Positions 26,177-40,542 of a stretch of DNA of 64,000 nt are shown in pieces (the first letter of the stretch is position 1; the number at the start of each line of letters is the position of its first letter). The translations under genes and the position numbers were made by a program. The DNA lies in NCBI RefSeq assembly GCF_006345805.1, contig NC_042997.1, positions 79,298,001 through 79,362,000 of the forward strand. The letters are read 5' to 3'. The notes under the pieces are model-generated. The model had not been told where the DNA came from, made no database searches, and saw only the letters and a list, made by a program, of their open reading frames with translations. The DNA comes from Octopus sinensis. Lineage: Eukaryota.

Positions 26177-26499
26177 TTTGTTCAAAATTTGGAACTTGTG
26201 CTTGAAAAAGAAAACTCGTAAACCCGGGGGTCTCGTAAAGTGAGGTATTATTGTATCTAGTTTTTTTGGAAACTTTGAAGGACAGTAGTTAGGTGACGAT
26301 TTCCAGAGATAACAGCACGCATTTTAGCAACATAATCGCTGCTTGTTGAAGTTTAAGAGTGTCCAGATTTGGTATCATCTTCGGTGGATGTTCCTCACAA
26401 TTTGAAACTCTAGTAGTAATCATGGAATTCCTCTTAACAAAGACAATATTCTCCACAGGCCTATTGTAGGATTTGAAAAGTCTCCGTGAAATTTTTATC

Positions 26500-27830
26500 C
26501 GATTTGAAACGAACAGATTGCTATTCTAAATACATCATTGTTCAACCAGTCGAATACACTAGAGATACCGTCACTCTAGCCAAAATAGATTATTAATTAA
26601 CTGACATGTTTTGATTCTAAAGTGGCTAGGAAATACTTCGCCATTCCGAAGTTTCTATATACCTTCCGTAGTGCCCCTTGCTATAGCCACGCATCTCTCT
26701 TCAAAGATCTCGATGCCTGTATCCAACTGTCCACCGAAGAAATATACAACATCCGGTTTGGCGACACTGGGTGGAAACAAGCTATCTTGCCTGTCAGCTA
26801 TGCAGCCTCTGCCTCAGGCCTCCCGCCTCTGGTCTTCTGTCTCACTGCACTTGCAGACATTTCTTTCGTCGGTGACTCTTGTCATATCATCGTCAACAGG
26901 GTTCTCCACAACACAGCTGTACCTACAGCAATCGGGGACCGCGAGGTAGCCTACGCGGCATGGAGCCATCTCCACCGTCACACTGAAGACGCCCACCCAA
27001 CTCTTTTCTTTGTGGGTGTCCGGTCCCCCTAAAAGAAATGGGACGCCACCCAGTCCAGCATGATCTCCAACGGGCTGGTGCACCATCTTAATAAGTATCT
27101 TCTGGCATGTTTCCGCTCGGCCACCCCGCTCCACAGCGCTACCTGGCTCAATGAAGTGCCATCACTCTCAACTGGCGCTCAGTTAAATAGCGAATGTTGG
27201 CGTATCGGTGTTTCCTTGACGCTTGTTCACTGGATCTGTGAACCTCACAAATACCGCTGTGGATCCACTGCTGTGGGTTCTTCGGTCCTCACTTATTGTC
27301 ATGCCATTATGGTGCTGGCTGCCTTCCACGTCAAGCTGCTCTTAATGAAATCATAAAGCATGATCTAAACGCCGCAGGCTTCACTTCTCAGCTCGTTCCC
27401 GCGGGGATGGACAAAAGGCACGGTAAGAGGCCAGACGGCATGACAATTTTCCCGTTCCGCACTGATAGGCCCCTCATCTGGGATGCCAGTTGCTGCGACA
27501 CCTTCTCCAGCGGCAACCTGGTGTGTTCGCCTGCCAGCCCAAGATCTGCTGCTCCCCAAGCCGAGAAGGGCAAAATGTTAAAGTATCAGCTGTCCTGTGA
27601 CAGATTTGTGATCGAGTCTATGATAGTACACACCTCAAGCAGTCTTGGCGCCCGGATTACATCCTTGTTCACCACTGTCGAGGCAGAAATGGCTATTCAC
27701 AAGTGCGAACCCCCGTGAGTCGGAGGGGCTGTTCCATAGCGTCTCCCTCGCCATCCTCCAGAGCAAAACTTTAAAAATTTTATTTGCCGCGACCATGAGG
27801 CGGACTAACAAGTCTTTTTAGTTATAGTTG
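26500..27830 (+). mobile_element. CRE-like non-LTR retrotransposon 3' part (REL endonuclease), degenerate
   Basis: WKQAILPV..., NEIIKHDLNAAGFTSQLVPAGMDKRHGKRPDGMTIFPFRTDRPLIWDASCCDTF..AEKGKMLKYQL. The clade call is from motif recall. Confidence 0.75.
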
Positions 27831-28266
27831 TAGTATTTCTTAAGACCGCACATATCGTCTTAGTCACAGCCTAAACTGTAAAACACTAATAGACTAAATA
27901 TAGAAGGTAGCCAAAGTGTGGACAAACGGTCTATTGACGTGGCATGATGTGACTATTTTTACACCAATGATAAAAGCTTCTGATTTAGGCATAAGTACAC
28001 AAGTACCCCAGAGCTAAGACTTGCCTTGCTGAAGGAATAAAGACAGCTTGACCTCGGCAGGACTTGAATACAATTAGGTGCTGGAAGAAATACCGCAAAG
28101 CATTTTTTCGTAGGATCTAACGATTTTGTCAGCTTACTGCACTCATTAGACTGAAGATATTGACATCACTCCCAGCCATAACAAGCATACTAGGCTGGGT
28201 TGGTCTAGTTGGAGCCATATAGTAAAAGTTTGGTTTCTTTTACAGAGAACTTGGGTACACACTCAG

Positions 28267-28371
<105 letters not shown>

Positions 28372-28495
28372 CACACACAGGGTGGACCAAAAGTCATGCA
28401 CTAAGATTAAGGCTCTATATTTTTCATTTAAAAAACAATTTTTCTAAAATTGAATAACTAAAATAATGATTAATACACACGTACATGATGAACGA

Positions 28496-28496
28496 A

Positions 28497-28531
<35 letters not shown>

Positions 28532-28551
28532 TAATAATAATGATAATAATG

Positions 28552-28597
<46 letters not shown>

Positions 28598-28621
28598 TAA
28601 TAATAATGATAATAATAATAA
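28496..28621. repeat. (AAT)n/(GAT) microsatellite
   Basis: Seen directly. No LINE is attached to this tract. Confidence 0.95.
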
Positions 28622-28739
28622 CTGCCAAAGACGGGAATATCTACAATTTCCTGTGAGTATTTTGAATTTCCCTCAAAATAAGTTAAGAAACTTACATATC
28701 TACAGTTTTCGAACACATAAACGATCAGCTTTAAAACCT

Positions 28740-29409
28740 TTAATATCTACAACTTCTGTGAATACCTACCCTTTCCTCTCTCCCTGAGTATTCGAAAATG
28801 TAAACATCCTCTTTATTCCAAGAACACTACAGTTTTCTTTCTTTTTTTCTCTGTTCAGACAGACAAAAGATCATCTCCAGTAAACTTTTAAACCTTAATT
28901 TCTTCAATTTTCTGTTAAAATTTTACCTTCCTATCCTTTTCTTTCCTTTCTCCCTGAGTATTCGAAAATGTAAACATCCTTTTCATAGCAAAAATACTAC
29001 TGTATAATCCAACTGGACAGGCAAACGAACATCTTAAAAAACATTAATATCTACAACGTCTATGAATACCAATCCTTTCCTTTCTCCCTGTGTATTCGAA
29101 AATGCAAACACCCTCTTTATTCCAAGAACACTACAGTTTTCTTTTATTTTTTCTTTCTGATAGGACAGACAAAAATCATCTCCAGTAAATTTGAAGACCT
29201 TAATTTCTACAATTTTCTGTTAAAATTTTACCTTCCTTTTATTTCCTTTCCTTTCTCCCTGAGTATTCGAAAATGTAAACACCCATTGCAAAAATACTAC
29301 TGTATTCTCCAACTGGACAGACAAACGAACATCTCAAGAAAACTTTAAAACTTTAATAAATTAAATTTTGTCTGAAACTTATCCCGGACTACCCAAATAT
29401 GTAAACATA
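28740..29409 (+). repeat. Two tandem ~300-bp units, each with an internal sub-repeat
   Basis: Units start at about 28740 and 29045 (taatatctacaac). ccctg(a/t)gtattcgaaaatg occurs four times. Confidence 0.8.
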
Positions 29410-29465
29410 TCTTTTATTGCAACAGCACAATTGAATTCAAAAATTCAGCGACGTGAATATCAGTG

Positions 29466-29579
<114 letters not shown>

Positions 29580-29964
29580 ATTATTGCTATTTCTACCAGT
29601 TATTACAAATAGAACAGGTTGAATTGCTTCATTTGACCTCTGCTGACCCAAAGGGTGCAAGGTTCTTTTGTCTCTATGGCTGACCTCCCCACCATCTGCG
29701 GAATCTATTTATAGACCTGTAGATTTTGATCTGTCCACCAAGCTGCTAATCTTCCTCTAACTGTTTCCCCTAACAACCGCATATTTATGATTATCTCAAG
29801 TACAGGAAAAAGTTGAAAATAAAGATCATTTAATAAAGTATTTTAATAATAAATGTAAATAATAATAATGGTAATAACAACAGTAGTGGTGGTGATGGTG
29901 ATAATGATAAAAATAAAAATAATGATTATATGCTGCAGCTGCTAATACTACAACTACTACTATT

Positions 29965-32900
29965 CTGATAGCACAGGAATCTGAGGCCCAACTACCATTA
30001 CTACCATTGTCCCCTACCTATGTAACTTCTGAGTCTGTTAATATAACAATGACAAATAGTAAAACATAGAAACAAGAATATCAGTGAAAACAGAGATGAT
30101 AAAAATAATAATAATGAAAGGAAGCGGGTGGAGCCTTCTCCTCATCCTCATGAGCTGATTAATGATACATCTAGTGATAGTGTCACAATAAAAACACTGG
30201 TAATTGTGTAACCTGATATCCACTACCTCATATGAGTGACAATGAAGAAACAAAATATTGTGAATAACAGTGGTAATGAAACTGAAGCCATTGATGGTGA
30301 CAGTGTTGCACCCGGTAGGTTCAGAGATTCTGGTCCGACTCCAGCCTGTCGATATCCAGAAAGGACCACCACACACGGCATAGATGGAGCAAGTAAATTG
30401 ATGCTGTGGTCATGGAGTGTTACTACCTGAGCAACCCGGTAGATGCAAATGGTGCTCAAATTAGGGGTTACCGTCAACGTATGTATGATCATTGGCGGGA
30501 ACAGGGATTGTTTCAACTCACGGAACAGAGACTATGTGATCAAGCTAGAGCAATAAGAAAAAATCGTTTGTTCACAGCTCGAAGCTATCAAAAGACGGGT
30601 CTTGGAAAATAGCAGCAGAAATAACGATGAAAATGCAGTTCTTACTAATAAGAGTAATCTCATAGCACAGGAAAGGAGCTGTTGTAGTTTACTTGATGAG
30701 AGACATATAGATGATCTAAAAGAAGACAATAAAACTAGTTGCAACATGACAGATGAATAAAAGGCAATCTACGACAGAATAAAGGCAAGACTACAAGAGA
30801 ACGATAGCGACATTATTTGCAACCATAAAAAGGTTGATCGATGGAAATTGAACCAAGAAACGGAATATGTCAATGAAATTCTGAAATACATCAGAACAAA
30901 CAGCATCACAGAAACAAATAATTTGATCAAGGCAGCACGTATTGTTGTAGCAGAAAACGTGGGTGTTGATGTCAAGAAAAAGAAATATAATGGGAGTGAC
31001 AAAAGAAAAGATCCATGGTGGAAAATAAAAATACAGGCAGGGTTAGATATGTTCTCGAAGGAAATTTCTGTGTTAGACCGAAAAGAGAAAGGGGAGCTTA
31101 AAAGCGAACAAAAATACAGGGCGCTGAAAAGGAAGTGTAATATTGAAAGAAAGGGCCTGGAAGTGGTAATGGAGGAACTGAAACAGCGCCAAGTTGCAAA
31201 GAAAGCAAAGATGGTAAGATACGACCAAAGAATGAAGGGTTACCACCAGAATAGGTTATTCAGAGTAGATCAGAAGAGATTCTATAAAGAAATAAATGGA
31301 GAGTGTACAGATGAAAAGTTGATACCTGATAACAATGAAAGTCAATGGAGCAAAGACAAAGAGCACAAGAAGGATGCTGAATGGTTACAAAAACTGAAAC
31401 AGACAGTAGTCTGCCCCAAACAGGCAGAACTAGTGATTTCACTTAGGGAAGGGAAGGAAATCAGAAAAAAAAATGAGTAACCGGAAGGCCCCGGGACCAG
31501 ATGGAGTTCAAGGCTACTGGATCAAAAGATTTGGTGAATGTCATGCACGAAGAGCTGCACAACTCAACACCTTGTTAAATGCTGACCAAGTAACACCAGA
31601 GCTTTTGACATTGGGTAGGACAGTTCTGTGCTTGAAAAACATCGAAAAAGGCAATACGCTAGACAATTACGAGCTGATATCCTGTTTGCCACTTATGTGG
31701 AAGTTATTGACTGGAATACTCGCAGAGTCAATGTACGAATATCTGGAAAAAAGTGGAGTTCTGCCACATGAGCAGAAGAGTTGCAAGCATAAACGCAGAG
31801 GTACCAATGATTAACTCCTGATAGACAAAACTGTACTTAGAGACTGCAAGAGGAGGAAAAGTAATTTAGCCATGCCATGGATCGACTATCATAAGGTATA
31901 CGATGTGATCCCACATTCTTGGATTATGGAGTGTATGAACCTATTTGGTATTGCATCGAATGTTGGGCGATTGTTTGGAAAAAGTATGGCGAATTGGAGG
32001 ACGGTCTGACAGCATACAGAAGAAGTTTAGGGACAGTAGAAATTAGGAGGGGCACCTTCCAAGGGGACTGCCTGTCTCCACTGATCTTTGTACTGTGTTT
32101 GATACCACTAACACTAATTCTGAGGAAAGCAAAAGCTGGGTATGTATTCAAAAGCCGCCAGTAAAAAGTCAACCATTTGTTATTCATGAATGACCTCAAA
32201 CTTTATGGTAAAGATGAAGCCCAAGCCAGTTTCCTCGTTGATACGGTGTATACCTTCAGTGCTGATATCAGAATGGAGTTTGGACTGAGAAAGTGTTGTA
32301 TGTTAGTCTTGAAGAGAGGCAAAATCAAATGTATGGACGGGCTAACGATACCGTCGGGGGAGGTTATGAAGTAGATAGAAGAGACGGCCTATAAGTATGT
32401 TGGGGATTTTGGAAATGGATAAATTGATGGAGAAAGAAATGACTGAAAAATTTAAGGTGGAGTACTTGCGCAGACTGAGACTAGTCCTTAAGTTGGAATT
32501 AAACGGACGGAATAAGATCGAAGCTATCAACACCTGGGCGGTTTCACTCCTTAGATATGGAGCAAGGGTAATCGCATGGACAGTAGACGAACTAAACAGC
32601 TTGGATAGAAAGACATAGAAGTTGCTAACTAGAAACGGGACTCTCCACCCAAAAAGTGACACAGACAGACTCTATGTAGCAAGAAAAAGAGGGGGAAAGA
32701 GGACTTATTGGATGCGAACACAGCATTAGAGCAGAAGAAAACAACATAGCATGGTGTGTAAAAAATGTCACAGAACCGCTGTTATTAGAAGAAGGTCAGG
32801 CTTGTGTAGGATGAAAGATTGCTAAGATAAAGCATTGTACAAGAAATTGAAAACGAATGAAACTGAAATTAGGTTGAAAAAGAAAAGAATGCATGGACAA

Positions 32901-33692
32901 TTCTATAGGGATGTTGAAGATAAGACAGACAGAGAAAAAAGATGGCCGTGGATGACTAAACGTGATTTAAAACCGGAAATGGAGGCTCTAATCTGTGCTG
33001 CCCAAGAGCAAACTACATAAAATACAGAATAGACAACAAATCAGAAAGTGATAAGTGCAGAATCTGTGGGCAAAATGGTGAAACCGTATGGCATATTGCC
33101 ATCCAATGTACGCCACTAGCCCAGAAAGAATATAAGAGACGCCACGACAATATAGCCAGGCTTGTCCATTGGACACTTTGCAACAAGTATGGACTTGACA
33201 GAGCAAAAAATTGGTACGACCACAAACCCGAAGGCATCATCGAGAATGATAATGCAAAAATCCTATGGGATTTTATCATTCAGTGCGACCATGAGATAGA
33301 GAATTAGGAACTCAGACATTGTCTTAATTGAGAAAGAAAGCAAACTATGCTAGATCATAGATATAGCATGCCCAGCTGACAACAAGGTATGCGATAAGGA
33401 AGAAAGAAAAGTCGATAGATATAACATGTTAGCTTGGGAGGTTAAGAAGTTATGGTCGCTGAAAAAGGTGCTAGTAGTACCAATAATTGTCGGAGCCTTT
33501 GGAACTGTGAGTGAAAATCATGGAACAAATAGGGGCTGCAATAAGGGTTGAGCACTTGCAGAAAACAGCACTGTTTAGAACCTCTCGAATACTCCGGATT
33601 GTGCTCGAAAAATAAGAGGTGTTACCTTAGTTCACTGGTAGTGAACAGCTGACACCGTAGTACATCCCCAGCGTTAGAAGCTGTGCAAAGAC
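29965..33692 (+). mobile_element. R4/Dong-like non-LTR retrotransposon copy 1, near full length, degenerate
   Basis: MECYYLSNP..RGYRQRM..TEQRLCDQARAIRKN, RT (KAPGPDG, QGDCLSPL, LFMNDLKL), CxxC..H..C..RHD, LWDF.IQCD, (R/S)DIV..IDIACP, VGAFG. Ends in (AAT)n. Confidence 0.88.
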
Positions 33693-33698
33693 AATAAC

Positions 33699-33749
<51 letters not shown>

Positions 33750-33760
33750 TTAATAATAAT

Positions 33761-33819
<59 letters not shown>
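33693..33819. repeat. (AAT)n tract between Dong-like copies 1 and 2
   Basis: Seen directly, with two att interruptions. Confidence 0.95.
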
Positions 33820-33820
<1 letters not shown>

Positions 33821-36103
33821 CTTTAACAACATACTAGCAGAGCCAGAGACAATGCCTGAATGGCTCACGAAGGGGAAAACCATCTTAATTCCCAAATCAA
33901 ATGAAACAGCAAAACCAGAAAACTACAGACCAATAACCTGCCTCCCTACTATGTTCAAGGCATTTACTGCAGTGATATCGCAAAGGCTGAACAAGCACCT
34001 GGACGAAAAGAAACTGTTCCCAGAAGAGCAGAAAGGATGCCGCAAAGGCTCATATGGCTGTAAAGATCAACTAATGATTAATAAAGCCATAACTGAAGAC
34101 AGCCACAGAAAGAAGAAAGGCCTCAGTATGGCCTGGATTGACTACAAAAAGGCGTTTGATAGCATCCCCCACACATGGATCCTCGAAACACTAGCCATTA
34201 ACAAAGTAGCACCAACAATCATAAAATTCATAGAGCACTCTATGAATAAATGGCAAACAGTCCTACACCTCCAAACAAAAGAGGGACTCATGAAAACCAA
34301 AGACATCCCCATTAGAAGAGGAATATTCCAGGGAGACACGCTCTCTCCACTCCTTTTCTGCTTGGCACTGTCACCTCTATCTGATATACTAAATAGAACT
34401 GGATGCGGATATAAATGTTACGGCAAAACGATCAGCCACCTTTTATATATGGATGACCTAAAACTATACGCTGCAAATGACAAACAGCTGGAAACACTAT
34501 TAAAGACAGTTCATGGATTTACCAAAGAAATAGATATGAAATTTGGATTAGAAAAATGCGCCAAAGTAACCATGAAAAGAGGAAAACCAGTTAAGAGTAA
34601 CAACATCACACTAGATAAAACCAATGAAATAAAAGAATTAGACCAAAGCCAAACTTACAAATACTTAGGAATCCATGAACTAGATAAGACACAACATACA
34701 CAAATGAAAGAGAAAATAAAAAAAAGAATATTATAGACGAGTTAGATCAATACTAAAAACAGAGCTCAATGCTAAAAACAAGATAATAGGTATCAACACT
34801 TAAGCTGTCCCAGTTATAAGTTACAGCTACAATATCCTTAACTGGACACGAAATAAACTGACCAAAATAGATAGGAAAACAAGAAAAATAATGACAGGAT
34901 CTAGAATGCATCACCCAAAATCTGACATAGAAAGACTATATATACAACGTATAGAACGTGGTAGAGGCCTTATACAGCTGGAAAACTACTATAAAATAAC
35001 CACCATAGGACTGCAAAAATATCTACTTCAGAAGGAAGGAAAACTGATCCAGATAGCGGCAAAACATGAGCAAAACAAAAACCTGTTCTCAGTATTTAAG
35101 GAAGCTGACAAATACAAACAAGAAATCATACCACCTAATAAACATGAAGAAGAAGAAGAAGAAGATGAAGAAACAACAAAAGCTATAAAACAAATGAAAT
35201 CCAAACTAAAAATAGAACAGCAACGAACCATGATAAAACGATGGCAAGAAAAGCCCCTTCATGGTAAATACTGGACTAAACTAAACGCAAAAGAAATAGA
35301 CAAAGAAAAATCCCAGCAATGGTTGAGAAGCTCAGGACTCAAAGCAGAAACAGAGGGATTTTTAATTGCAGCACAAGACCAAAGCCTCCCCACCAGAAAT
35401 TACCAAAAACATGTAATGAAAAGAAATATTACAAGTAACTGCAGAATATGTGGAGATGGACAAGAAACAATAAATCATATTATCTCTAGCTGCCCAGTCC
35501 TGGTTAAGAAGGAATATATTCACAGACATGACAGAGTTGGAACGTACATACATTGGAAGCTATGCCAACATTATGGAATAACAACAGAAAAAAGATGGTA
35601 TAGGCACATGCCAGAAAAGGTCACAGAAAACGAGAAAGCAACCATACTCTGGGATATGCCGATACACACAGATAGAGAAATTAAGGCCAACAGACCAGAT
35701 ATAGTTGTCAGAGATCATGGAGAAAAAAAATGCTTTCTAATTGATGTATCAATACCGGCAGATGACAACTTGTCTCTAAAAGAAATGGAGAAACTCTCAA
35801 AATACAAAGACCTGGAAACAGAGGTAACTAGAATGTGGAATCTGAAAACAGAAACAATTCCTATCATAGTAGGTGCATTAGGCATGATAAAAAAATATTC
35901 AGACAAATACATAACAAAAACACCAGGACTTACAAACACATATAACATACAGAAAATTGCACTACTAGGCACTGCACACATCCTACACAGAACACTTTCC
36001 ATACAATAACCATCAGAGCATCACAACAAATCACAGCACATACCCAAGGCACACAGAGCTGCGCTCGGTAGTGAAGTGAAAGCACGCTTTAAAAATAAAA
36101 CTA

Positions 36104-36106
<3 letters not shown>
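33820..36106 (+). mobile_element. R4/Dong-like non-LTR retrotransposon copy 2, 5'-truncated, young
   Basis: ORFs 33852-34736 (RT: YRPITCL, FQGDTLSP, YMDDLKLY) and 34891-36009 (CRICG..HIISSC..RHD, RPDIVV..IDVSIP..EKLSKY). Only an A-run frameshift (~34720) and one TAA (~34801) were noticed. Flanked by (AAT)n on both sides. Confidence 0.93.

Positions 36107-36151
<45 letters not shown>
36107..36151. repeat. (AAT)15 tract between Dong-like copies 2 and 3
   Basis: Seen directly. Confidence 0.95.
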
Positions 36152-36152
<1 letters not shown>

Positions 36153-37062
36153 TGCTCTCTATACAGCCCGAGTAAACTCAAACAATAACCTCATGGTACA
36201 AACTTACTTCTCATGGAGAAATTTAGTGGGCTCTGAAGTACACAGATATATAGATGCAAATAAACTAAGTAATTTACGTAGTGACATCATTAAAAATAAA
36301 AGGTTGACTGATGCCGAAATTAGCCAGATTAGGGTGTAAATATTTCATGGTAGACCGAATGAAAATAGTAACAATGCAGATGAAATAGGTGCAGAAGCAA
36401 GCACAGAACCCAGTGTACGAGCAGTACATCCCATCGAGGAAGCTGAAGAAAGGATAGCGAAGAACAGATAAGCGGAAAAAGAGGTGAAAGTAGACCTACC
36501 TCAAGAACTCTCAGATAGATCTTAAGTAATAAGGGAAATGACCTAACAACCTTAAATAACATCATCTATTCCACTGCTAAACTAAGTATCAGGACGACAG
36601 AGAAAAGGATCAACCATGTCAATAGACCTCCTAAGTGGAAAGTAGCAATGCAAAAAGAGATCGAATCTCCGCGGGCGGATTGTATCAGTTCTCGATGAAC
36701 TTGCTAGAAGAGTAAATGCTAAGACGAAACGAGCTAGAAAAATCAAGCAAAAATATAAAATCAAAGATTTTATAAACTTCCCTGCAACCGGGAACATGTC
36801 TCAGCACTTCCTAAAAGATCCTCACATCCATATTAACTGACAGAATACACGCTTTACTTGAACAGAGATCTATCCTTCCACAAGCTCATAAAGGCTGTAA
36901 AAAGAATTCTTATGGTGCAAAGATCAATTACTCATAAGTAAAATGATTGTAGAGAATTATCGGAGCAAAAAGAACCTGAGTATGGCTTGGAGAGACTACA
37001 GGAAAGCGTTTAATAGTGTCCCACAAAACTGAATACTCAAGGCCCTTGAGATATATTAGATC
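36152..37062 (+). mobile_element. R4/Dong-like non-LTR retrotransposon copy 3, internally deleted relic
   Basis: ..WRNLVGSEVHRYIDANKLSNLRSDIIKNKRLTDAEI (N-terminal region), then CKDQLLISKMIVEN..NLSMAWRDYRKAFNSVP (RT). Broken off by a SINE. Confidence 0.75.
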
Positions 37063-37169
37063 TGTTTTGGAGATCTGTTCGTCGACGGTCGATTGAACTC
37101 GGAACCATGTGGTTGGAAAGCAAGCTTCTTACCACACAGCTACGTCGGTGCGAATATATATATATTGGT

Positions 37170-37200
37170 ATCTACGAATAGTAGTACCCTCAATATAATA

Positions 37201-37265
<65 letters not shown>

Positions 37266-37313
37266 CACACACACACACACATATATATGTAGGTATATAT
37301 ATGTAGGTATATA

Positions 37314-37385
<72 letters not shown>

Positions 37386-37465
37386 CTTTTATTCTTTTAC
37401 TTGTTTCAGTCATTGACTGTGGCGATGCTGGAACACCACCTTAAGTTGAACAAAACAACCACGTC

Positions 37466-37535
<70 letters not shown>

Positions 37536-37590
37536 ATGCGTGTGTGTGTGTGTGTATGTATACATATATATACATACATACGTACATATA

Positions 37591-37636
<46 letters not shown>

Positions 37637-37653
37637 TACATACATACATACAT

Positions 37654-37700
<47 letters not shown>
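37170..37700. repeat. Compound (TA)n/(CA)n/(TG)n microsatellite block
   Basis: Seen directly. A short SINE-tail fragment is embedded at about 37400-37445. Confidence 0.9.
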
Positions 37701-37701
<1 letters not shown>

Positions 37702-37739
37702 TGTTTGAATCAGAGTCCTCTTGTATATCAAGATGGGAA

Positions 37740-38780
37740 CGAAACGTATACTTCTTCGGCTTAATTGATATATTTAATCAAGATAATATTCCCCCTCGTT
37801 TTTGATAGCATAATCTCATCTATTTGGCAAATTGCAGATCTCTCTGGCGTTTCGAAGCAAGGAAACACTCAATATCATTTTTAATCTCTTCATAATTAAT
37901 TAATTGTTTTCCTTCGAAATAATGTTGCAATTATCTAAAAAGATAATAGTCAGATGGAGCAAAGTTAGGGGATGGGGCAAAGCTTTCATACTTAGTGTCA
38001 AAATCATTCCTCAGTGACTTAGGCAACATGTCATCTTGCATTATCATCTAAAAACTCCCCTCCTTTACGATTGATCAATAATGGGCGCTTTTTCTGCAAG
38101 TTTTTGTGACAATAATACTTCGTATTAATTGTTTAATTTCCGTTTCACATTTCTTGATAGAAATTCTGGTTTTGGGGATGGATTCTCAATTTTCATTGGG
38201 GGTTAACCATTGTCGTTTTCATTGGATAAGATTATAGAGGAGTCGCTTTTCATCATTTGTGATGATTCAATCCAGAAAAGGTTCGGTTGTAAGTTTATAC
38301 TTCAATGCTGAGCAGAAGCTAAGCTTTGATTAATCAGTCAGATGGTGAGGGACTGGCTCACCAAGTCCAGGCACTTTTCTTAGTTCACGAAAATGTTTTA
38401 TGATCGAAGTGTTATTTGAATCGAACTGTTTTGCTAATCCTCATGCAGTTTGCTTTTGATTTTCTTCAGCTAAGGCTTTTAGAAGCTCAATATTGACAGG
38501 ACTTGCTTTTCAGATCGAAGGAAATCTATGACAGAAAAAATTTTCAAGCAGAACTAGCCAAATCATAATTGGTATGTCTGGATACTTAAAATTTCATTTC
38601 CATAGACAGAACGAATATTTCTTGCTGCTTCCATTGCTGAAGATCTTTTGAATTCATACAATAAGTAGTGATTGATATGGCTCTGATCTGAATAATTTTA
38701 AACGGGCAAAATCGATTCAAATTTAACCACACTATGGTATGAAGTAATCTGCGAAGAATAAACTCTATTTGAATGCAACA
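37740..38780 (-). mobile_element. mariner transposon relic
   Basis: The reverse strand shows degenerate VPH, TSDEK, DDNAR, a PSD-like motif and the GEYYLD end. TIRs were not confidently found. Confidence 0.7.
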
Positions 38781-39636
38781 ATTAATGCTTGTTTTACTGT
38801 TACTATTGAAAATGTACCCTCAAAGTAATCATGTCAAAAATTCGACAAGACCTTCTCTTTCTCTCTTTCTCACTCTCTCTCGCACGCACGCACATGCGCG
38901 CACACACATGCTATAAAGAAATATCAGTATCAGAATCAAACTAAATCAAGAAACACTTGCCAGAGCCCCAAAATATAAACGAAGACATCAAAAGAAGAGG
39001 AAAAAGCAATAGGAAACGCTTACAAGCAGTCTATATATTTTATCTGCAAAGTGTTTGCTAGCAAGGAGAAGATGGAGCAAACTCTCGTTTAGCTTTGCCA
39101 CAGTTGCACCAAACAAAGCAATACTTTCTCTCACAAATAACACGAGAAAAAAAAAAAGAGTCGTCAAAGAAGATGCCTGGTATCTGTTCCTAAAAAAAAT
39201 TAAAATGCAGATGTAGTGCGTACCATTCCGAAGAACTAAGTCTATTCAAATGTAATAAAAAAGGCAACAGCTGAATGGTTGTAAATTTTTAGCATAGAAC
39301 AAAAGATTGTCTGGAACTGACCTCGCTACATCAGATTCAAAATTAGAGCCATGCTCACCGACATACGAAGGTTCAAAGTGCTAGCCGCTGATACTTGTGC
39401 AAATGTCACACCTGTTCTTTTATTAAATGTGAAAGGATTGTCACAACTTAATAACAAAACCCAAATTCCTTAGTTGAAAGACCTTACATGCAATTATCTT
39501 CTATACGTAGTGCTCGCTAAAACGCATCTAACACCTAATAAAGTTGATGCAGAGATAAATATACCAAAGCATATTGCATTATGAACCAACAGGAAAGAAA
39601 GGAATCATAGCTATAACCAACAGCTATATTATATAT

Positions 39637-39702
<66 letters not shown>

Positions 39703-40259
39703 CATGTATGTGTGTGTGCGTATGAAAACGCTTGTGTTTAGCAGTTGATGTGTGCTTCTTCGAGTGGTGTGTGCACATGTATATGTGTGTGTGACTCTAT
39801 AGTGTGCATGTGTATTGTGTATGTTTGTGTGCGAAAGTTGTATGTGTTTACGCGTGTTGCCTGTGTGTGTGTATTGTCTGTTCAGGCGTTTTGTGTATTA
39901 TGTGTACTTTTTGGAGTGAATACTGTGTTGTGGGAAAATGCATAGAAGTGTAAGGTGGGGCAGGGGTGGTGAGAGATAGGGGTTGGGAGGTTGAATAGGG
40001 TGAGAGAGGTGGGATAGGGGTGAGGGAGGTGAGATAGGAGTGAGGGAGGTGGTTACTGGGAGTTGGAAGGTGTGTATGTGTGTAATGTGAGTGCTGAGTT
40101 GAACAGTGTGTATGGGTGTTTGTATAGTGGTGTGTGCGGTGAGTGTACCGAGTTAGGCGGTGTGCAGGTGTGTGAGTGGAGGTGAAGGTGGGGGGTGTGT
40201 GGGAATCTGTGTGGGGTTGATATTAGATGAAGAGAGGTAGCGAATTGAGGCCATAGGTA

Positions 40260-40470
40260 GCAAAGGAATGAATGCAAAAGGTTAATTCTTGTTCACAACG
40301 AAGACAGGACTTCAGTTGGCCCCTGTGCAAAGACAGTCAGAACACAGATGTTGTAGCGAATGACCAGTGGAGTGGCGAAAGACCTGGGTGTCATTGCCGA
40401 GTCTGATGTCTCAGAAATGTTCAGTGACCGGTCGACCAAGCGGCGTTCCGTTTGACCTATATACAGGGAG
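40260..40470 (-). mobile_element. Penelope-like GIY-YIG fragment
   Basis: SLYIGQTERRLVDR..EH..DIRLGNDTQVFRH.TGH, followed on the minus strand by a low-complexity C/A-rich tail (~39700-40260). Confidence 0.7.
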
Positions 40471-40497
40471 TTTTATATATATATGCGCGCGCACAAG

Positions 40498-40539
<42 letters not shown>

Positions 40540-40542
<3 letters not shown>

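Noticed and set aside
28740-29409. CRISPR-like array (recurring ccctgagtattcgaaaatgtaaaca)
   Set aside because: The spacers are themselves repeated and irregular, the context is eukaryotic, and there are no cas genes.
39720-39770. Hammerhead-like tcgaagaagca..tgctaaac behind a PLE fragment
   Set aside because: Both conserved cores are mutated and there is no stem I.
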